Shown piece by piece: positions 1 through 12,182 of a stretch of DNA of 64,000 nt; the stretch's first letter is position 1; each line of letters begins with the position of its first letter. Origin of the DNA: Torpedo marmorata (Eukaryota). The DNA lies in NCBI GenBank assembly GCA_977017645.1, contig OZ360233.1:55552001-55616000 (forward strand), written 5' to 3'. The translations under genes and the position numbers were made by a program. The notes beneath the pieces were generated by a model that was not told the origin of the DNA, did not search any database, and saw only the letters and a list, made by a program, of their open reading frames with translations.

Positions 1-316
1 GCGTGGGTTTTCTCCGGGGGCTCCAGTTTCCTCCCACCCTCCAAAACGTACCAGGGTTTGTAGTCAATTGGGTGTGATTGGGCAGCATGGGCACGTGGGC
101 CAAAAGGGCTTGTTACCATGCTGTATGTCTAAAAATTTAAAATTCAGTGGCAAATGGTCTCTGCTTTTGGGCTCTCCAGCCTATTTGCTTCATTTCAATC
201 TGCCAGCAAATCTGGAAGACTATCATTAGCTGCTTCACCCTCTCTCCATCATTTAGCCTGCAGTAATTCTACAATGTACAAATTTATTTACTACTCTTAT
301 AAATACAAAATTTATA

Positions 317-546
317 AGCGCAGTTAGCACAACGCTATTACAGCACCAGCGACCTGGGTTTGAATCCGGTGCTGTCTGTAAGGGATTTGTATGTTCTTCC
401 CGTATCTGCGTGGGTTCCTCCGGGTGCTCTGGTTTCCTCCCACCTTCCAAAAACATATGGAGACTATAGGTCAATTGGTATATTTGGGGGGCACGGACTC
501 GTGGGATGGAAGGGCCTGTTATGGTGCTGAATGTCTAAAAAATAAA
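317..546 (+). mobile_element. tRNA-derived V-SINE (HE1-like); other copies at ~1-140, 6340-6590(-), 8774-9020, 9340-9440(-), 14229-14410, 15140-15320(-), 17340-17545, 44078-44160, 44307-44400(-), 48899-49110, 49200-49320
   Basis: B-box-like gggtt(t/c)gaatcc followed by the V-domain-like gttct..ccgt.tctgcgtgggtt.cctccgggtgctc.ggtttcctcccac. Confidence 0.8.
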
Positions 547-1579
547 TCACCCACGCCATCCTACTATTGGGCCAAGATAACATTCATGATTGAATTGGAG
601 AGAAACAGATTATATTTATGGAGTGTAAGTGAAGACCATCTCCAATAAGGAGAGCTCCTCTTGATCTTTACACTCACACACTGTCATTTAGCCCTGTACT
701 GTCAACTGCTGGCGATGGGCAGTTGAACTGGACCAGCCAGAGCAGCATTGTGGGTTAAAATTGAGAGAAGAGAACACCTCCTGACCTTCGACAAGACTCC
801 TGTAAGCCTTTTCGTTATGAGTAGGTTGCCTGCACGGGACTGGTAGAGAGATTTAATGAAGTGATTAGTAAAAGATTAGATTTAGAGATCTGCAGGCACA
901 TGAACAAATTATGGATCTGGAGGAGATTACGGAGATTGAGAGGATCAAGTTGGATCCAGCACAAAAACTTCAAATACCAGAGGGCACGTGTTTAAAGTGA
1001 GATGGGGAAAGTTTACGGGAGATGTGTGGGGCAAGTCAGTCAAGTTGTAAAATCCCATGAACAATAAGAGGATCAAGCAATTGATGAGTTTTGACAGTGT
1101 CCAGAAGGTATCTGGACTGATGTATGGATAGAAGAGGGATATGGAGGCAAATGGGACTGGCCCAAAATGCCACTGTGGTTGGCATTGATGAGTTAGGCCG
1201 AAGGGTCTGTTCTGTGCTGTATGACCCTTTGACTCTACACTGGATGAAGGTTAAATCATGCAATATCCATAGGAGCTTGAAGTCACACAGCACCATCCCA
1301 CTACTCCTTCACCTCCAGGGCCTGCAGGCACAGAGTAGGACAGAGTGTGTGCTCAACTTGTGGTGTGGTTTCATGCCATTTCCATTCATTGCTGTTACCT
1401 GCAGCAGCAGCAGTTTAAAGCAGAGCCCACCGTGGCATTAGCTCAGGTGACCCGTTGGTGCAATAAGGGAGCACAATATCCCCATCTCTAGGAACAAGTG
1501 ACTCATACCTGTGCTTTACCCTTCTCGTTCTGGGACCGGAAGTAAGACCAGGTTGCAATGGTGCAGGTGGCCCAGGTTG

Positions 1580-1968
1580 GGATCTCATTGAAACATTTAG
1601 AAAAGTTGAAAGGCGTGGACAGAGCAGATGTAGAAAGGTTGTTTTCCATGGTGGGAGAGTCTAGGACAAGAGGGCACAACTTCAGAATTGAAGGGCGTCT
1701 GCTTAGAACAGAGATGCAGAGGAATTTCCTTCACCAGTCCATGGTGAATGTGGAATTTGTTGCCACAGGTGGTTGTGGAGGCCAGGTCATTGAGTGTTGT
1801 TTAAGGCAGAGATTGATAGGTTCTTGATTAGCCAGGGCATCAAAGGTTATGGGGAGAAGGCTGGGCAATGGAGCTTAGTGGGGAAATGGATCAGCTCTTG
1901 ATTAAATGGCGGGGCAGACTCGATGGGCTGAATAGCCTATTTCTGATCCTATGTCTTATGGTCTTATA
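1580..1968 (+). mobile_element. CR1 3' fragment
   Basis: VGESRTRGH motif; tcttatggtcttat tail. Confidence 0.8.
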
Positions 1969-1969
1969 G

Positions 1970-2155
1970 ATGGCCCAGGTTGGACTGGGGCAGGTGTCCC
2001 AGGTTGCACTGGGGCAGATAGCCCAGGTTTGATTGGGGCAGGTGGCCCAGGTTGATTTGGGGCAGGTGGTCCAGGTTGGACTGGGGCAGCTGGTCCAGGT
2101 TGGATTGGGGCAGCTGGTCCAGGTTGGATTGGGGCAGGTGGTCCAGGTTGGACTG
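1970..2155. repeat. 30-bp minisatellite, about 6 copies (consensus-like GGTCCAGGTTGGA(C/T)TGGGGCAG(G/C)T)
   Basis: Direct tandem units are visible. Confidence 0.85.
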
Positions 2156-2554
2156 ATACAGAGACCTGCTCCCCCATGCGGCTAGGTCAGGTGGAGGAGT
2201 TTTGCCCAGTTTCCAGTGACTCCTGGTTTGATGCCTGCCCATCATGGACTTGCCAATGACCTGTTTCCCATCACCGTCTTTTCTCTCAAGAGACGAGCAA
2301 AGTCTTCAACCATGACATGATGACCAACCAATCCTGCAGTGCTTGCTCTAGTTTTCTGTTAGAATTTTTATTATTTTCAAAATAAATGATAGCACCACAC
2401 ACATGCACAAACCCTCTATTTTTGGAAATAAACATTGGAAGAGAGGGCCTTATCTGAGGCACAGGAGAATTCTAAGACAAAGCCTTCATGTAGCTGGAAA
2501 TACATCAATCCTTTTGTACATTTTAATGTGGACGGTTCAAGGGTGCCAGACTGC

Positions 2555-2643
2555 AGAGAGAGCGAGAGAGAGAGAGAGAGAAAGAAAGAGAGAGAAGGAA
2601 AGAGAGGGAAAAAGAGAGAGAGAAAGAAAGAAAGAGAGAGAAA
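2555..2643. repeat. GA-rich microsatellite in the putative 3'UTR
   Basis: (GA)n/(GAAA)n run. Confidence 0.95.
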
Positions 2644-2880
2644 CATTTCCTTCTCTCAACAAATACACACTCTATGTCCCGGGTTCCTCTAGCAGTCTTT
2701 AAATGTCTTTTGACCAATGACTGAGGCCTGTGGCTCAGACACCAATCATCAGATAATTGAGACCCAGTTTTCCTTCTATTGACCAGTGGTCACCCCACAA
2801 TATGTGTCCAACCCACAGCATGAGAGCTGATCTTTATGTTTGGGGAAATAAATTTACTCCAGCACGGCAGAGAAAAGCGT

Positions 2881-5442
2881 TCACATCTTCTTGAGTCTCT
2901 TCTCTTCATCATCCTTCCGTTTCCTGATCAGGTCCCGAGCAGCTTCCAGACCAAGGAAGTGCAACACCCCCCAGTACTCGTGGTCCTCCTCAGGAACGCT
3001 GACCAGCATCCCATCTGGCACGTACATCGGAGTGTGGAAGAGGATTTTGAAAAGGGTCTCATCAAAATGCTCAGGATTGGACGGTGTCTCAGGGGCTGAT
3101 AGGAAGGGAGCAGAGCTGGAGACTGCCAGGCTCTTTGTTGTGGTGGGATGCAGTTGTCGTCCTGCCACAGGCACCTCATCAACTAACCCTCCAAAGTTAT
3201 CCTCCATCTGTGAAGATGCGTTTGCTCTGGGGATAAGAACATTTGGTGCCGAGGTCATTGATTCCGTCAATGAGCCTTCGTGACGTCCAGTTCCTGTACC
3301 CAGGTCCTGGGTGTAAATAGCTGCCTCCAATTGTAGGGACTTTGTAGATGATAATTGGGTGTCAGAACTAGAGGTGGTTGCATATGAAAGTGAAGGAGAC
3401 ATTTCTTCACTCTCCGCTTTGGACTCAGCTACCAAGTATGGTCCAGAGGAGACCTTGTTTGGAGCTGCAGGAAATTGGCCTGATTCAGTGCGGTTCTGGC
3501 TTGCTCCTGTGTGGACCTGGTTTGGTATTGAGCCGACTTGGTTCAAAATGATGGGATACTGACCAGGTTCAATGGAAACATCCAGAGCTGCGGGGACCTG
3601 GACTCCAGGGAGATTTTCTGCTGCTTCAGGTTGTTGCTCTGGCATTCCACGGTGTCTCTCCGGTGCCCTAGATGGTTTGGTTGGTGTTCCAGGGAGTTCC
3701 TTTGGTGTTGTGGTAAGTTTCTCTGCTGTTCCAGGGATTTCTTTTGGTGTTCTACGGTGTCTCTCCAGTGCTGCGAAAAGTTTCTCTAGTGCTGCGGGGA
3801 GCACCGCTGGTCCTACAGGGTGTCTCTCTAGAGCTATGGAAGATTCCACAGGAGATCCAGGGAGTTTCTTTGGAGTTGTGGGGGATTTATCAGGAGTTTC
3901 AGTGAGTGGCTCTGGAGTTATAGAAGGTTTCTCAGGAGATCCAAGGAGTTTCTCTGGAGTTGTGGGGGATTTCTCAGGAGATCCAGGGAGTTTCTCTGAA
4001 GTTGTGGGGGATTTGTCAGGAGATCCAGGGAGTCTCTCTGGTGTGGTGGAAGATTCCTCAGGAGATCCAGGGAGTTTCTTTGGAGTTGTGGGGGATTTCT
4101 CAGGAGTTTCAGTGAGTGGCTCTGGAGTTATAGAAGGTTTCTCAGGAGATCCAGGGAGTTTCTCTGGAGTTGTGGGTGATTTCTCAGGAGATCCAGTGAG
4201 TTTCTCTGAAGTTGTGGGAGATTTTTCAGGAGATCCAGGGAGTCTCTCTAGTGTGGTGGAAGATTCCTCAGGAGATCCAAGGAGTTTATTTGGAGTTCTG
4301 GGGGATTTGTCAGGAGATCCAGGGAGTCTCTCTGGTGTGGTGGAAGATTTCTCAGGAGATCCAGGGAGTTTCTCTGAAGTTGTGAGGGATTTGTCAGGAG
4401 ATCCAGGGAGTCTCTCTGGTGTGTTGGAAGATTCCTCAGGGGATCCAAGGAGTTTCTTTAGAGTTGTGGGGGATTTCTCAGCAGATCCAGGGATTTTCTC
4501 TGTTGCTGTTGGAGATTCTCCAGGAAGTTTTGTTGGTTCTGCAAAGACTTTGTCTTGTTCTGTAGAGAATTTGTCCAGTGTTGCAGTCAATATTGTAGGT
4601 TCTGAGGGGATTTTATCTGGTTTTGTAGCGACCTCTCCTGGTTCTGCAGAGGCTTTATCCATTTTAGCAGGGACCTCTGCTGGTTCTGCAGGAATTTTAC
4701 CTGGTTTTGTGGGGACCTCTCTTGTTTCTGCAGGGATTTCATCTGCTTTAGTGGGGACCTCTGCTGGTTCTGCAGGGATTTTGCCTGGTTTTGTGGGAAT
4801 TTCTCCTGGTTCTGTGGGGATTTTGCCTGGTTTTGTGGGAACCTCTCCTGGTTCTGCAGGGATTTTATCTGATTTAGTGTGGCCATCACCTGGTTCTGCA
4901 GGAATTTTACCTGGTTTTGTGGGGACCTCTCCTGGTTCTGTGGGGATTTTACCTGGTTTTGTGGGAATTTCTCCTGATTCTGCGGGGACTTTATCTGCTT
5001 TAGCGGGGACCTCTCCTGATTCTGTGGGGATTTTGCCTGGTTTTATGGCGACCTCTCCTGGTTCTGCAGGGATTTTATCTGGGATTTTTCTGGGGACTTG
5101 GTCTGGCTCTCCGGGAACTTTACTTGGGTCTGTGAGAACTTCATCTGATACTGTGGGGACTTTGTTTGCTTCTGCTGGGATCTTGTCTGGTTCTGCAGGG
5201 ACTCTGACTGGAGCTGTAGGGACTTTGTCTGGCTCTGCCGGCTCCTTGTCTGGTCCTGTGGAGATTTTATTTGGAGTTGGGAATTCAGTCAATGATCCTT
5301 TTCCCATTGTCTCTCTGAGCCCCCTTTCACTAATCGAAGAAGTGGTTGACAACTCGTGGTCCCTGCAGCTGGCTTCTGGTGTACTTGTTGAAGGTGGAGG
5401 GGTTTCAGGAGCGGACTCATCAGCAAGGTTACCCCTGAGTTC
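2881..5442 (-). CDS. Large terminal exon (853 aa) of an unidentified Pro/Glu/Lys/Ser-rich repeat protein
   Basis: Open for 2.56 kb, including non-repetitive N- and C-terminal parts. Acceptor ttttgtttgcgtctccAG|GAA at 5443. Codon-length 21/42-bp repeats. Candidate AATAAA at 2372-2367. Confidence 0.8.
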   Translation of the reverse strand, partial: ELRGNLADESAPETPPPSTSTPEASCRDHELSTTSSISERGLRETMGKGSLTEFPTPNKISTGPDKEPAEPDKVPTAPVRVPAEPDKIPAEANKVPTVSDEVLTDPSKVPGEPDQVPRKIPDKIPAEPGEVAIKPGKIPTESGEVPAKADKVPAESGEIPTKPGKIPTEPGEVPTKPGKIPAEPGDGHTKSDKIPAEPGEVPTKPGKIPTEPGEIPTKPGKIPAEPAEVPTKADEIPAETREVPTKPGKIPAEPAEVPAKMDKASAEPGEVATKPDKIPSEPTILTATLDKFSTEQDKVFAEPTKLPGESPTATEKIPGSAEKSPTTLKKLLGSPEESSNTPERLPGSPDKSLTTSEKLPGSPEKSSTTPERLPGSPDKSPRTPNKLLGSPEESSTTLERLPGSPEKSPTTSEKLTGSPEKSPTTPEKLPGSPEKPSITPEPLTETPEKSPTTPKKLPGSPEESSTTPERLPGSPDKSPTTSEKLPGSPEKSPTTPEKLLGSPEKPSITPEPLTETPDKSPTTPKKLPGSPVESSIALERHPVGPAVLPAALEKLFAALERHRRTPKEIPGTAEKLTTTPKELPGTPTKPSRAPERHRGMPEQQPEAAENLPGVQVPAALDVSIEPGQYPIILNQVGSIPNQVHTGASQNRTESGQFPAAPNKVSSGPYLVAESKAESEEMSPSLSYATTSSSDTQLSSTKSLQLEAAIYTQDLGTGTGRHEGSLTESMTSAPNVLIPRANASSQMEDNFGGLVDEVPVAGRQLHPTTTKSLAVSSSAPFLSAPETPSNPEHFDETLFKILFHTPMYVPDGMLVSVPEEDHEYWGVLHFLGLEAARDLIRKRKDDEEKRLKKM

Positions 5443-5729
5443 CTGGAGACGCAAACAAAACCCCAAGTAACATTTTTGAAAATCCTCGGTACAATAAGAT
5501 TCTGATTCCCACTAGGCTCCCATCAGAAATAAGTTCAGCACACACTGGGAGACTGAGAGAACAAGCCCTCAACATGTAAACCATTTACAAGGCTTGCAAT
5601 GTAAGCAAGCGTATATACAATGTATACCTATATAGGCAAATACATACATCAATATACCTTTACACTTTCAAACCTGGATTAGCTATGGCTTGCTGTCATT
5701 GCATCAAAGTCAATTATATTTATGCAATG

Positions 5730-6200
5730 AAGACCATAAGGAGCAGAATGAAGCCATTCTGCCCATCGAGTGTACTCTGTCATTCGAATCCTGACAGATG
5801 TATTTTTCCTCTTAACCCCATTTTCCTGCCTTTTCCCCATAACCTTTAACACCTTTGCTGATCAAGAACCTGTCAACCTCTGCTTTAAATCTACCCAATA
5901 ACTTGGCATCCACATCTGTCTGTGGCAACGAATTCCACAGATTCACTACCCTCTGGCTGAAGAAACTTCTCCTCATCTCTGTTCTAAAGGGATGTCTTTT
6001 TATTCTGAGGCTGTGCCCTCTGGTCCTAGACTCTCCCAGTATCGGAAACATCTTCTCCATGTCCACTCTGTCTAGCCCGTTCAATATTTGGTGCGTTTCG
6101 ATGAGATCCTCCTCTCATTTTTTTAAACTCCAGTGAGTATGGGCCCAGAGACATCAAAAGCTCCTAATACGTTAACCCTCTCATCCCCAGGATCAATTGT
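5730..6200 (-). mobile_element. CR1 3' fragment
   Basis: LGESRTRGHSL..FFSQRVVNLWNSLP. Confidence 0.82.
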
Positions 6201-7151
6201 AATGACAGAAAAAACAGAAGGGACATTTTTCTGTATTTCTATTGGATAGTAAAGGAGCTCATTCAGCTCAGCAAGTCAAGGCTGGCTCACAAAACAATCC
6301 CATTCCTGACTAAATTTCCCTGTAACCCACATTCCCATCAAGTCTCCTCAGATGCTACCACTCGCCTACAGATTAAGGGGCAACTTACAGTGCCCAACTA
6401 ACCTACCAACCCACACATTTAAGGGATAGACGGAGGGGGGAAGTGTGAGGGGGGAAACTAGAGTACCTGGAGGAAACCAAAGCAGTCACAGGGCAAACAT
6501 GCAAACTCCCCACAGGGACAGCATCCGAGGTCAGGATTGAACCTGGGTCTGGAGGTGTGAGGCAGCGCCTTCACAAACTCTGCAACTGGGCCATTTGTTT
6601 GTCAAGCACATTTGATCTGCCTGACATTATGCCTTAATCCTACATTAATCACAGAGTCATAGAATTATACAACATGGAAAATCTGTCTAACTGTGATTTA
6701 TACATTCAACGAGGCAGCCTCTACCACTTCCTTGCACAGAGAATTGCACAGATTCACTTCTAAGGGAAGAAGTTCCTTCTCATCTCTGTCTTAAATCTGT
6801 CTCCTAGTTCCAGTCTCACCTGCCAATGGAAACAATCTCCCTGCTCTATCTTACTTATTCCTTTCATAATTTTATGGTTTTTTATAAGATCTCCCCTCAT
6901 CCTTCTGAACTCTAATAACTCTACAAGGAGTATAGACCCAGCTTAATCTCACCTCATAAATTTATCCCTTCATCCCCACAATAAACTTGGTGAAGCTCCT
7001 TTGCCCTGCCTCCAAAGCCAGTGGATCCTTTCCCCAGTAGGGAGACCAGAACTGCACGCAATACTCCAGGTATTGCCTCACCAGTACCCTGTATACAGAT
7101 GCAGCAGAACCTCCCTGTCCTAGCAATCAAGGCCAATACTGCGACACTTAC

Positions 7152-7238
7152 AATGGGTGACTGGATAACGATCACACTCCGGGAACTTTTCTGCGGTACA
7201 TCGGGCACACTTGACTTATTGTTTCCCATCTTATCTGC
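7152..7238 (-). CDS. Penultimate exon of the repeat-protein gene: ADKMGNNKSSVPDVPQKSSRSVIVIQSPI
   Basis: cctttgttttccAG acceptor and GTaagt donor; 87 nt, phase 0-0, joins exon 5442 in frame; lies in unique sequence between repeats. Confidence 0.7.
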
Positions 7239-7579
7239 CTGGAAAACAAAGGCAAATACCATTACTCATGGGCTGAACGGCATTCCATAAAAGTGCTCTG
7301 ATGGATGGAGAGGCAGAAGTGATTCTCAAGCACTTACAATTTCATTCCATTTTTGAGTCTCTCATTGGTCACGATTGTTCCTTGCCAGAGCTTGCGCTGT
7401 GAAGTGAAGGAAACCGGAGTCAATAATAGGAAATTATTAGCTCTACATTTAATAAACACATTAAAACACCGATAATCCGGCACCAATGGATTAGTTCATC
7501 ACCAGAGGATTTTCCTAGATTATTGGACATTACTCCAACTAACACCCAAACCTACTTTTATTGCACTTTTTAAAATCAT

Positions 7580-8450
7580 GTTTTGGACAGCGAGGAAGGT
7601 TTTCAAAGCTTGCAGAGGGATCTGGACCAGCTGGAAAAATGGGCTGAAAAATGGCAGATGGAATTTAATGCAGACAAGTGTGAGAAGATGGATTTTGGAA
7701 GGACAAACCAAGAAAGGACATACACGGTATATGGTAGGGTACTGAAGAGTGCGGTAGAACAGAGGAATCTGGGAATACGGATACATAATTCCCTGAAAGT
7801 GGCATCACAGGTGGATAGGGTTGTAAAGAGAGATTTTGGCATATTGGCCTTCATAAATCAAAGTATTGCGTATAAGAGTTGGGATGCTATGGTAAAGTTG
7901 TATAAGACATTAGTGAGGCCAAATTTGGAGTATTATGTACAGTTTTGGTCACCTAACTACAGGAAAGATATCAATAAGATTGAAAGAGTGCAGAGAAGAT
8001 TTACTAGGATGTTGTCTGGACTTCAGGAACTGAGTTGCAGGGAATGGTTAAACAGGTTAGGACTTTATTCCCTGGAGCGTAGAAGAATGAGGGGAGATTT
8101 GATAGAGGTATTTAAAATTATAAGGGGGATAGACAGAGTAAATGTAGATAGGCTTTTTCCACTGAGGGTAGGTGAGATACAAACTAGAGGACATGGGTTA
8201 AGAGTGAAAGGGGAAAAGTTTAGGGGGAACATGAGGGGGAACTTCTTCACACAGAGAGTGGTGGGAATGTGGAATGAGCTGCCAGCTGAAGTGGTGAATA
8301 CAGGCTCAGTTTTAACATTTAAGAATAATTTGGACAGGTACATGGATGGGAGAGGTATGGAGGGCTATGGCCTGGGTGAATAATAGTTTGGCATAGACTA
8401 GAAGGGCTGGAGGACCTGTTTCTGTGCTGTAATGTTCTATGGTTCTATGT
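7580..8450 (+). mobile_element. CR1 LINE 3' portion (RT C-terminus)
   Basis: ORF 7583-8383 with LQRDLDQLEKWAEKWQMEFN, RPNLEY..QFWSP, TRGH, FFTQRVV; short tandem tail gttctatg. Confidence 0.92.
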
Positions 8451-9716
8451 TTCACAGTATGTGATAAATTTCCCAGTGATACCAGTTAGTTTGAAGGGAA
8501 CGGGAAATACACAAGCACGCTGGACCCAGGCTCCAGCCACAAACACCCCCCTCCCTACCTTTCTGACCCCATGGTATTCGACCGGAGAACAAATGGAATG
8601 TTGGCCTTCATTGCTAGAGGGATTGAATTTAAGAGCAGGGCAGTTCAACTGCAACTGTAGAGGGTACTGGTGGCCCACACCTGGTCTCCTTGCTGGAGAA
8701 AGGATATACTGGCTTTGGATGTGGTGCAGAGGAGGTTCGACGGGTTGAGTCCGGAGATGAGGGGAGCTGGAAGTGGGCAGCACAGTTAGCGTAGCGGTTA
8801 GCATGATGCTATTACCACGCCAGCATCCTTGGTTCGAATCTGGTGCTGTCTACAAGGAGTTTGTATATTTTCCTGTGTCTGCGTGGGTTTTCCCCGTGTG
8901 CTCTGGATTTCTCCCACCCTCCAAAAATGTATGGGGTTGTAGGTTAGTTGGGTGTAATTGGGCGGCACGGGTTTAAGTAGTCGGAATCGGCTTCTACCGT
9001 GTTGTAAATTTAAAAAATACATTATAGCACAGAGCAGGCAAAGACTCTTTGCGTTCACCGATCTATTCCTCTCATGATTTTGTATACCTCAATGAGATCA
9101 CCTCTCATCTTCCTGTGTTCCAAGGTATAAAGCCCCAGCCTGCTCAACCTCTCCTTATAGCTCAGGCTCCCGTCCTGACAATATCCTCGTCAATCTTCTC
9201 TGCTCCCTCTCCAGCTTGACAATATCGTTCCTGCAGCACGGTGACCAAAACTGAACAATGGGGCCTTACCAATGTCTTACACATCTACAACATGTTGTCC
9301 CAACCTCTCTATTCTACTCTGTGACTGATGGCCAATTTGCCACAGGGAGAGCGTGCAAACTCCACAAAGACAGCACCCGAGGTCAGGATTGAACCGAGGT
9401 CGTTGAAGCTGTGAGGCACCAGTTCCACAAGCTGCCCTCAAATAAGTCCTGAAACAAATCAATTAATGACACGAACCTCCGGGAATTGGCTTCCAATTCA
9501 ACCCTGACTAAGCGCTATCTTGGATTTATATCTGGGCTTGGATTTGTATCTAAACTGTGCTGGAAATATCCTTTCACTGTTTGAGAGGACAATGTAGAAG
9601 GATTTTATTCTTGATTCCATTTGCTCTATGTCTTTAGAGACTGCAGTGCAGAGAGTTTCTTATTCTGGATAGAATCCATGATGTGCTCTGCTCTGGGTGT
9701 GCAGATGGAATTATTC

Positions 9717-10025
9717 CAATGCACAAAAGTGCTGGAGAAACTCAGCAGGTCACACAGCATCCATGGAAAGTAATCGACAGTAGACATTACGGGCCTAAAC
9801 CCTTCTTCAAAGATGAAAAACATTAGGCAAATGCCCAAATAAGATGGGGTTGGGGAGGTGGAGGGGGAAGGCGAAGAGGGGAGGGGGAGCACAAGCTGCA
9901 AGGAAAGCAATAGGCAGTTGACATTTTGGGCTGTTTACTGCTTTCCAGAGATGCTGCGTGACCTGCTGAGTTCCTCCAGCACTTGTATAAGGTCCCCAGC
10001 ATCTGCAGACTCCTCGGTCACCTAA
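9717..10025. mobile_element. Short Penelope-derived fold-back element
   Basis: Inverted arms; TSD AGATGGAATTATTC / AGATAGAATTATTC (13/14). Confidence 0.75.
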
Positions 10026-10259
10026 AGATAGAATTATTCGGCATCCCATCCATGCTATTGCTGCCCTGACCCTGGGAGTGTCTGTTGGGATAACACTAAG
10101 ATTTATTCTTTATCTTGATGGAGCTTTCCCTGCCTTGGGAGTGAGGCTGTGCTGGTGTAGCAGGACTGAAAAAGGAGCATTCAACCCTTATTCAGCCTCT
10201 TTCTTGGATTTATATCAAGGCTTGGATTTGCATCTAAACTGTGCTGTAGATATTCTGTT

Positions 10260-11070
10260 AGAGAGGATAATGTACAGGGAGGTATGCTGCACTTTGGGAG
10301 GTCAAATGTCAGGGGAAAGCAGGACCTTCAGGAGCATTAATGTACAGTGGATCTCTGAGGTGTAAGTCCACAGCTCCCTTAACGTGACAACACAAGTAGG
10401 TCAGTGATTAAGAAAGCATTCCTGCCTTCATAAAAGTTAGCTGTATAAAGTTTGGTTAGAGTGGTTCTCAACCTTTTTTTTCCACTCACATACTACCTTA
10501 AGTAATCCCTTACTAACCACAGAGCACCTATGGCATAGGATACCAAAGGTGCTCTGTGGTTAGTGAGGGATTACTTAAGGTGGTATGTTTGTGGAAAGAA
10601 CAAGATTGAGAACCACTGGGTTAGACCATACCTGGAGTATTGTGTGTAATTCTGGACACCGCATTATCGTGTGGATGAAGTTTTGGAGAGAGTGCAGAAG
10701 AGGATCACGAGAATGTGGCCTGGATTAGAGAGTATTAGCTGAAGGAGGGGTTGGACAAACTTGTGTTGATTCGTCTAGAGCGTTGGAGGCTGAGGGGAGA
10801 CCTGATAGAAGTTAACAAAATCATGAGAGGCATCGATGCAGTGTCTTTTTCCCAGGATGGAAAGGTCATCCACTAGAAGGGTGTCAGTTTAAGGAGGGAG
10901 GAGAATGTTTAAAGGAAATGAGTGAGGCAGGTTTTTTTTAACCAGAGAGTGGTGGGGATCTGGAACAGGTTGGTATGGGAGACATGATAGCAATGTTTCA
11001 GAGGCATTTAGACAAACTCATAGACAAGAAGGGAATGGAGGGATATAGACTATGTGCAGAGAGATGTACG
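10260..11070 (+). mobile_element. Decayed CR1 containing a palindromic MITE
   Basis: Degenerate ctggagtattgt / gagagtgcagaagagg CR1 motifs. Confidence 0.7.
10460..10618. mobile_element. Palindromic hAT (Charlie-like) MITE
   Basis: AGTGGTTCTCAA...TTGAGAACCACTG ends; almost the whole element is an inverted repeat; flanking GGTTAG duplicated. Confidence 0.82.
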
Positions 11071-11074
11071 GTTT

Positions 11075-12120
11075 AAATTCAAGTTCGTTTATTATCACAT
11101 GACTGTACATTGGATATAGACTATGTACAGGGAGATGTACAGTTTAAATTCAAGTTCAAGCTTATTATCATCTGACATATATATACAACCAGACGAAACA
11201 GTGTTTCTCTGAACCATGGTGCACACACATATACACATAATACACAACACATACTAATCACATATAGACATAAAGGTATAATATAAAATAAATACGTATA
11301 AATATTTTGGAATAATTTACTTGTTTCATTTATAAAAGACCCAAGGTTACTGAATACCATTCATCAATCTCACAGCCTGCGGGAAGAAACTATTTCCCAC
11401 CCTGGCAGTCCTGATGTTGATGCTCCTATACCTCCTTCCTGATGGTAGTACATCCAAGATACTGTGTGATGGATGGATGGAAATTGGCATCATGGTCAGC
11501 AGAGGGGCCTGTTCCACAATGGCCTCCTCAGCCACCTCAGAACCTGCAGAACTGAAATGGAAATGACTCATCCTCTGTCCGAGGGACCACCTCCAAAGAA
11601 TGGGGATTTCCACTCTGTCTCTAATCTGTGCGTTCCTGTTCTGACACTGGGAATAGTTGCTGGGACAGTGGAGTGGGAACTTCACTGGATATTCAACATG
11701 TGATTGCCCTTGCTGGGACAGTGGAGAAGGAGCATTAACCAATCCAACCCATGCTGGACCTGGTCAAGTCAAATCAAGTTTATTATCATCTGATTGCACA
11801 AGTACAACCCGACTAAACACAGTGCAAAACACGCAAACACACAACCAGACAAAAACACATATACAGACGAACAATATATCTGCAGGACAAGTATTCATAA
11901 ATACAAATAAATATTGTTTCGTGAATATGAGAGTCTCAGAGGGTTAGTATGAGCAGTTCCTTTGGTCGTTCAGCATTCTCACTGCCCATGGGAAGAAGCT
12001 GTTCCTCAGCCTGGTGATGCTGCTCTGATACTCCTGTATCTCTTTCCCGATGAAAGCAGCTGAAAGATGCTGTGTGCGGGGTGGATGGGGTCCTCATTGA
12101 TTTTGCGCGCCCTCTTCAGG
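11075..12120 (-). mobile_element. Two Rex1/Babar 3' fragments (~11075-11475, ~11765-12120)
   Basis: LPSGRRYRS..SFFPQAVRL motifs; (TTGAAC)/(TTGAC) tails. Confidence 0.75.
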
Positions 12121-12182
12121 CGTTCTGGGTGTTTGCTGGACAAGTGTGGAGGGAGCAGGGTGGATGGAACTTCACTCTGCAT

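Noticed and set aside
317-400. tRNA gene (B-box-like motif)
   Set aside because: It is the tRNA-derived head of a V-SINE, followed by the SINE core and repeated many times in the window.
2403-2717. Charged or Leu/Ser-rich short ORFs
   Set aside because: Translations of the GA microsatellite.
3572-5470. 632-aa plus-strand ORF (Gly/Ser-rich)
   Set aside because: Antisense shadow of the codon-periodic repeat exon; the splice signals and longer frame are on the minus strand.
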